A stretch of DNA of 64,000 bases, taken from Takakia lepidozioides (lineage: Eukaryota; Plantae; Bryophyta). The notes below the pieces were generated by a model. The model saw only the letters and a program-made list of their open reading frames with translations, searched no databases and was not told the origin of the DNA. The DNA lies in contig CM060733.1 of NCBI GenBank assembly GCA_030704615.1, forward strand, positions 13,640,001-13,704,000, read 5' to 3'. The stretch's first letter is position 1; every line of letters begins with the position of its first letter. Made by a program: the position numbers and the translations under genes. This document shows, one piece after another, positions 59,651-64,000 of the stretch.

Positions 59651-62600
59651 CTAGGTCCATGTAAGATTCGTAACTATAGCTGCATCAGTTTATATCTGAG
59701 TTAATTACTTCCAGCGAGTCGACTCATCCACTGTTGCAGGAAACCTAAGAAGAGAGGCCGGAAGTGACGAGCCGGTACAAGAGCTTGATGCAGCCTGGCT
59801 GGAAGGTATGATCATGGGTCCCTCGAATGATGCAATGATGGCCAATTCAACCCTCGCTTCAAAGTTCGAACACCTGCATTGCGCTTCACCTCAGTCTTCT
59901 CAAGCAGCCCCGAGATCCAAAAAACGGAAGACATCAAAACACAAGGGGGTGACTCAGCCTGTTCACAAATCGAAGAGAAAAAAGACCTCAAAATACGAGG
60001 GAGCGACTCAGCCTGCAGCTCCATCAGCTCAACAAAAGACATCAATATACAAGGGGGTGACTCAGTAAGTTATTCCTAATAAGACCAGCATTGACTCATC
60101 TTCGGCTATTGAACTCTGGCTTTCATGCTCCCTTCAAAGTTCATGTAAGAGACTGGGAAATTAAGCTACAAGGCCGTGGAGTAACTTTGATTACGGTCTG
60201 CACCTATCCGCCTCCTATGCGCAGGATCACATCAGGATTGTATGAGGCACGCGTTTGGAATGGCGATGCCCAAGTCGAAAACAGGACGAAGAAGGGTAAA
60301 CAAGGTAATTTACAGCTCACAATCTCCAGTCCAGAAACGCAATTTCCAGATTTTACGAAATTACACTCATAATTAACCAATCCCAGTTGAATTCATGAGT
60401 ACAGCTTGTGACAGTAGCATTATAGACCACAGGGTGAAATTCAATTGTTTCTTACTTGAATTCTACTTCTGTCCATAGTGTAATTTCAACTCGAGTGATC
60501 TTGTAAGAAAACATGGTTAGGCAGGTGAACCGTGAATGAAAGCAGTCTATGGACGTTGCAGATAGTAACAAGAATGAATTTCTTCAAACTTTTTGTCCAC
60601 AGGTGCTGGAGCAAAGTTCTGCCTTCAACTTACCTAGATTGCGTTCATGAGTGAACGTACTGCAGTCCGAGCAGGCTGAAAGTTTCTAGTAAAAAAAGTG
60701 GGAGGAGACCAGCGACTGATTGCAATGAACTTCAACAAAACTGATCGAATCTACAAAGACAAAGTAAGAGCCAGCCCACACGATATGAGCTAGCCGAGCA
60801 TGTCAGTGATCAGTTTGGTATCCAGAAGCGACTGAGTGAGGATGGGAATGAGAAGGAATGTTTAATATAAGCGAGCAGCGACCCCCTCTTGCAATCGCCG
60901 TCGCCGTCGCCATCGCGAGGCACTGTCGGGGGGTTTCGCCGCGGCACACGGGATTGTCTGCTCACCGTTCGATTGTCGAAATAACGTCCAGATTGTCTCA
61001 GGGAAAATTCCGATTTCCCTTGGCCGCCCGATAGTGTGAATCGACGGCGTACATCGCTAGGTCTGGGGAGTGAAGTTCGGGAAGCAGTGGGTATCGTCTC
61101 TTTGGCCATCCGACGCGCTTGGGCGCAGTTTAGAGAATGTATCGACTTGCTGAGCGGAGACTTGAGAGACTGAGTTGCGGGCTACTTGTGCATCAGCTGA
61201 AATGTGCATGGAGTTGCGCCCGGCTAGTGAGTGTCGCTCATAGTTTGCTGTCTTATCTCAATATCGAGCAAGGACATGCAGATCATCACGGCGTTGTGAA
61301 ATTGAGGGACGGTATTTTGCTGCAATGCATATTGAGTTGCAGAGGGAGTAAGGTGATCACAGCATGTTGAGCGGTCCAGTACTGATGGGTAGGCGTACAA
61401 TATCCGAAGGTCGCTATTAGGTGATAAGCATTCGTATGATCGAGAACATAGACCTGATACACAATCGTGTGATCTGTAGTTGCTGAAAGATAAGAAACTA
61501 AATTGTGAAGAAGTACATTTTCCGAACAGGAACATCTGCATGGTCCGAGATAGAGTGTGCCATAAGATAGGGAATGTGGCAGTTCCGAATAGAACGGGGC
61601 TTGTAGATAACAGCAAGTGTATGCCCTGCATGTGCATTGCTCAAACCAACTTGAGGTGATTCAGGATGTCGCAGACGCTTCTGTACATGCAATCACAGCT
61701 CGCTTCAAGACTAAAAGGGGTGTTTTGGTGTTATCTTCCGCTAAAGCTTAGGCTGGGTTCCAAGGGTCACATATTCTTGAACTCTGATAATGGTGAGAAT
61801 GAACCTTGACAGGGCAATGTGGTGAGGCCCTTCTTTTGGCTAGGCTGATTCATGGGCGCGTTGGTCTCAAACTACGTGAAGGAACATGCTAATTTGTGAA
61901 GTTGGTAGGATGCATCATGGCTGGACACATATTGATCCCTGAAGAGCCAGTATTGCCAACTGGTGACATTCTAGTCTGCTTCAGCCAGAGAGCCACTAAC
62001 ACACATACATCGCTTCGGAACGATTTCATTTTTCCTGCCTGGAGATTGTATGATCGAGATTTATGCTTGAGAGTGATTCATGCCGGAGGTAGAAGTAAGT
62101 ACTATTGTCTTGTGGATTAGAGAGTCCGGGAGATGGGAACGAGTCAATGCTCTAGCACGAGAGGTGTCGGTAATATCGTTCTTTCGAACAAGGGGAGATT
62201 TCTCGGAGATGTAAGGCTTTCCCTGCAAAAATATCGGCCCTTGCGGGAAAGTTGGATTTCTTGTACAGACGCTAGGGAAAGCTCCATAGATCGATCACCA
62301 CTATAATGAGGGAATGTTGTAATTCTGTACCAGGGAAGTTTACAAGGAAATCGGTAGGTTGTGTTGCAGGGAACCTTGGAGTTTAGGGGAAATTCCATAA
62401 TTCCTGCTTCCGATACGTTTGCTCGCTCTATCACTGCCGCTTTCGCCAACTGCCTCATTCTTGCCCACAAATTCGGCGAACTTCACATTCCTTAGAACAC
62501 TGTGTGGTACAAACCGATTCACTGGTTGTCGCGAAACTTGAATCAGCGAGCTTACGGTCTTTTGGGAAGATCCAAGGTGGGAGTACTGTCAACATGAGAT

Positions 62601-64000
62601 CACAACACCTCCATGTTACCGGGCTCCGGGGATAGGTTACAGAAAAAAACACACTAACCGTGAGGCCGCGCTATCTGCAGGTATAGCTCTAGAAAATGAG
62701 GAAGACATACATTATAGAAACCTAAAACCATCTAATAAATTCAGATGAGACAATCTGATCTGTGAGGTTCCGGCTCTAACACACGGAATCCATTGTTCAC
62801 GTGCCCCAGTTTTTGAGGAAATGCCTCCACACAGCTACAATTCTTTGGAGAAAAATCGAGGGAGAAAAAGAGGGAGAAAAATAGAGCCTGAAAGGGCAGA
62901 ATATGCATGTTCCTTTCATAAAGGATTCACTTTGAGATGAGGACCTCGATCTCAAGTGAATAGTCTTGAAATTTGTCCTATAATCCTGTGGATCTCAATT
63001 CTAAATCATAGCCACAGTTTAGAAAGATTGCCCTCAATTGACGGCAATATTTTGCAACAGGTCTGGTGGCCGGTACAAAGCTGTACAGGTAGTATGTCTG
63101 AGGCAGCTCCTGCAAGTTTCCTCAACTGAAGGAAGCCCAACCTGCCTCACATGATTGTGGCCAACTACTCGAATTACAGTTTAAATTCGGGGGAGGGGTG
63201 TCATCATAGCGGCACCATACACACGGAGATTCTAATATAACCTTTTCTCTTCACTCCTTCAAACCTGACCGTCTTTGAGTTGGACCACTACATAATATTA
63301 ACATCCACTAGAAGGAGATCAGATCGAGTTTAGCTTTCGAACCAATAAACTCTAAGGAATTCAATAGGATCCTTGCCTACCAGCAGCGATATATTATTGT
63401 GGAGAAACTAAAGGCGGCCACTGGTGAACTTTAGATCCAAACTACAACTATATACTAAGCATCCTCACCAATGGTATAGAGCCATTTCGGCATGAAAAAT
63501 CAAAGATCATAAGAGAGTAGATCTACTCCAAGCTGGTCACAAACTATATCTAAACCAGATCAGTACTGTGTATGAGTTGTATATGTACGTTGGAGCCTTC
63601 TCGACCCCTTTAATGACACTTTCTTCCCATCATGGCAAGTTCCTTGCTTCTTAACTACGTCCTCGAGATCCAGAAGTTTGCTGACATGCTTGAGTTCGAG
63701 TTGGTGCTGGTAGCTGTTCCGGAGTTTCAACGCGCTGGCCCTCATTTTCTCTTGAATCGCCATCGACAAACCCTCCTTAGGCTTTCCCTTCTCCATGAAG
63801 CCCATCACTTCCTCCACCTGCCTCCTCAATGGCTTCAGCTCATTAGACTTGGACCGCTTCTTGGAGAAATTATCGAAGGCCACCTCCTTCACCTTCATCT
63901 TTGCAGGCTCCTTCAAGATCTTGATATGGAGGGATCCACTTGCAGTCACCGTGGCGAAAATCGCCATATAGCCCCGCTTCACCATATTCACGAGCAAATG

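Larger units (their letters stand above)
56724..61109 (-). pseudogene. Rearranged duplicate of the AP2 gene
   Basis: The six 3' exons are retained on minus (microexon 58529-58537; 27-nt deletion in the last exon). The first R1 exons are flipped to plus (59709-60304). The segment equivalent to 16793-17140, including the ATG, is missing. Confidence 0.88.
56378..62540 (+). repeat. Segmental duplication copy 2, with an internal inversion, deletions and a ~1-kb insertion
   Basis: 56378-58657 matches 13520-15906 direct; 59709-60544 matches 15983-16792 inverted; 60547-62540 matches 17141-19225 direct, lacking ~18530-18810. Confidence 0.95.

Noticed and set aside
63560-64000. 145-aa minus-strand ORF at the window edge
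   Set aside because: Truncated by the window and has no recognisable motif.
1-64000. rRNA, tRNA or telomeric arrays
   Set aside because: None recognised; TTAGGG/CCCTAA occur only singly.

Overview
Eukaryotic, intron-containing land-plant DNA. The PLS-DYW PPR gene, RRA-type GT77, ANT/WRI-type AP2 gene and half-tRNA-primed copia are most compatible with a seed-free plant such as a moss (inference). A 500-N gap lies at 12700-13199. Left of the gap is a cluster of divergent Mutator-like (MULE) elements: two transposase copies with a DDE core and SWIM finger, palindromic subterminal arrays, and an adjacent decayed protein kinase gene. Right of the gap are three probably intact host genes: a double-AP2 transcription factor of at least 8 exons with an unusual 9-nt microexon, a PLS-DYW RNA-editing PPR preceded by OSB-type PDF motifs, and an RRA arabinosyltransferase. 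The region also holds decayed host-gene fragments (TAF2, AKR2/M6PR, F-box, LRR, PPR), LINE and LTR relics, and a ~5.7-kb rearranged duplicate of the AP2 locus. The most notable signal is a set of pieces that reassemble into one IS3EU-like DNA transposon. An rve-type integrase gene (26378-28081) and a HECT E3 ubiquitin ligase gene (48810-52578) each lie inside the same 16-bp terminus TAGGGAATTCCAAAAA and share a private ~100-bp repeat array in inverted orientation. A zinc-finger/acidic-tail gene may be a third component. All calls are from manual translation and motif recognition; no searches were run.
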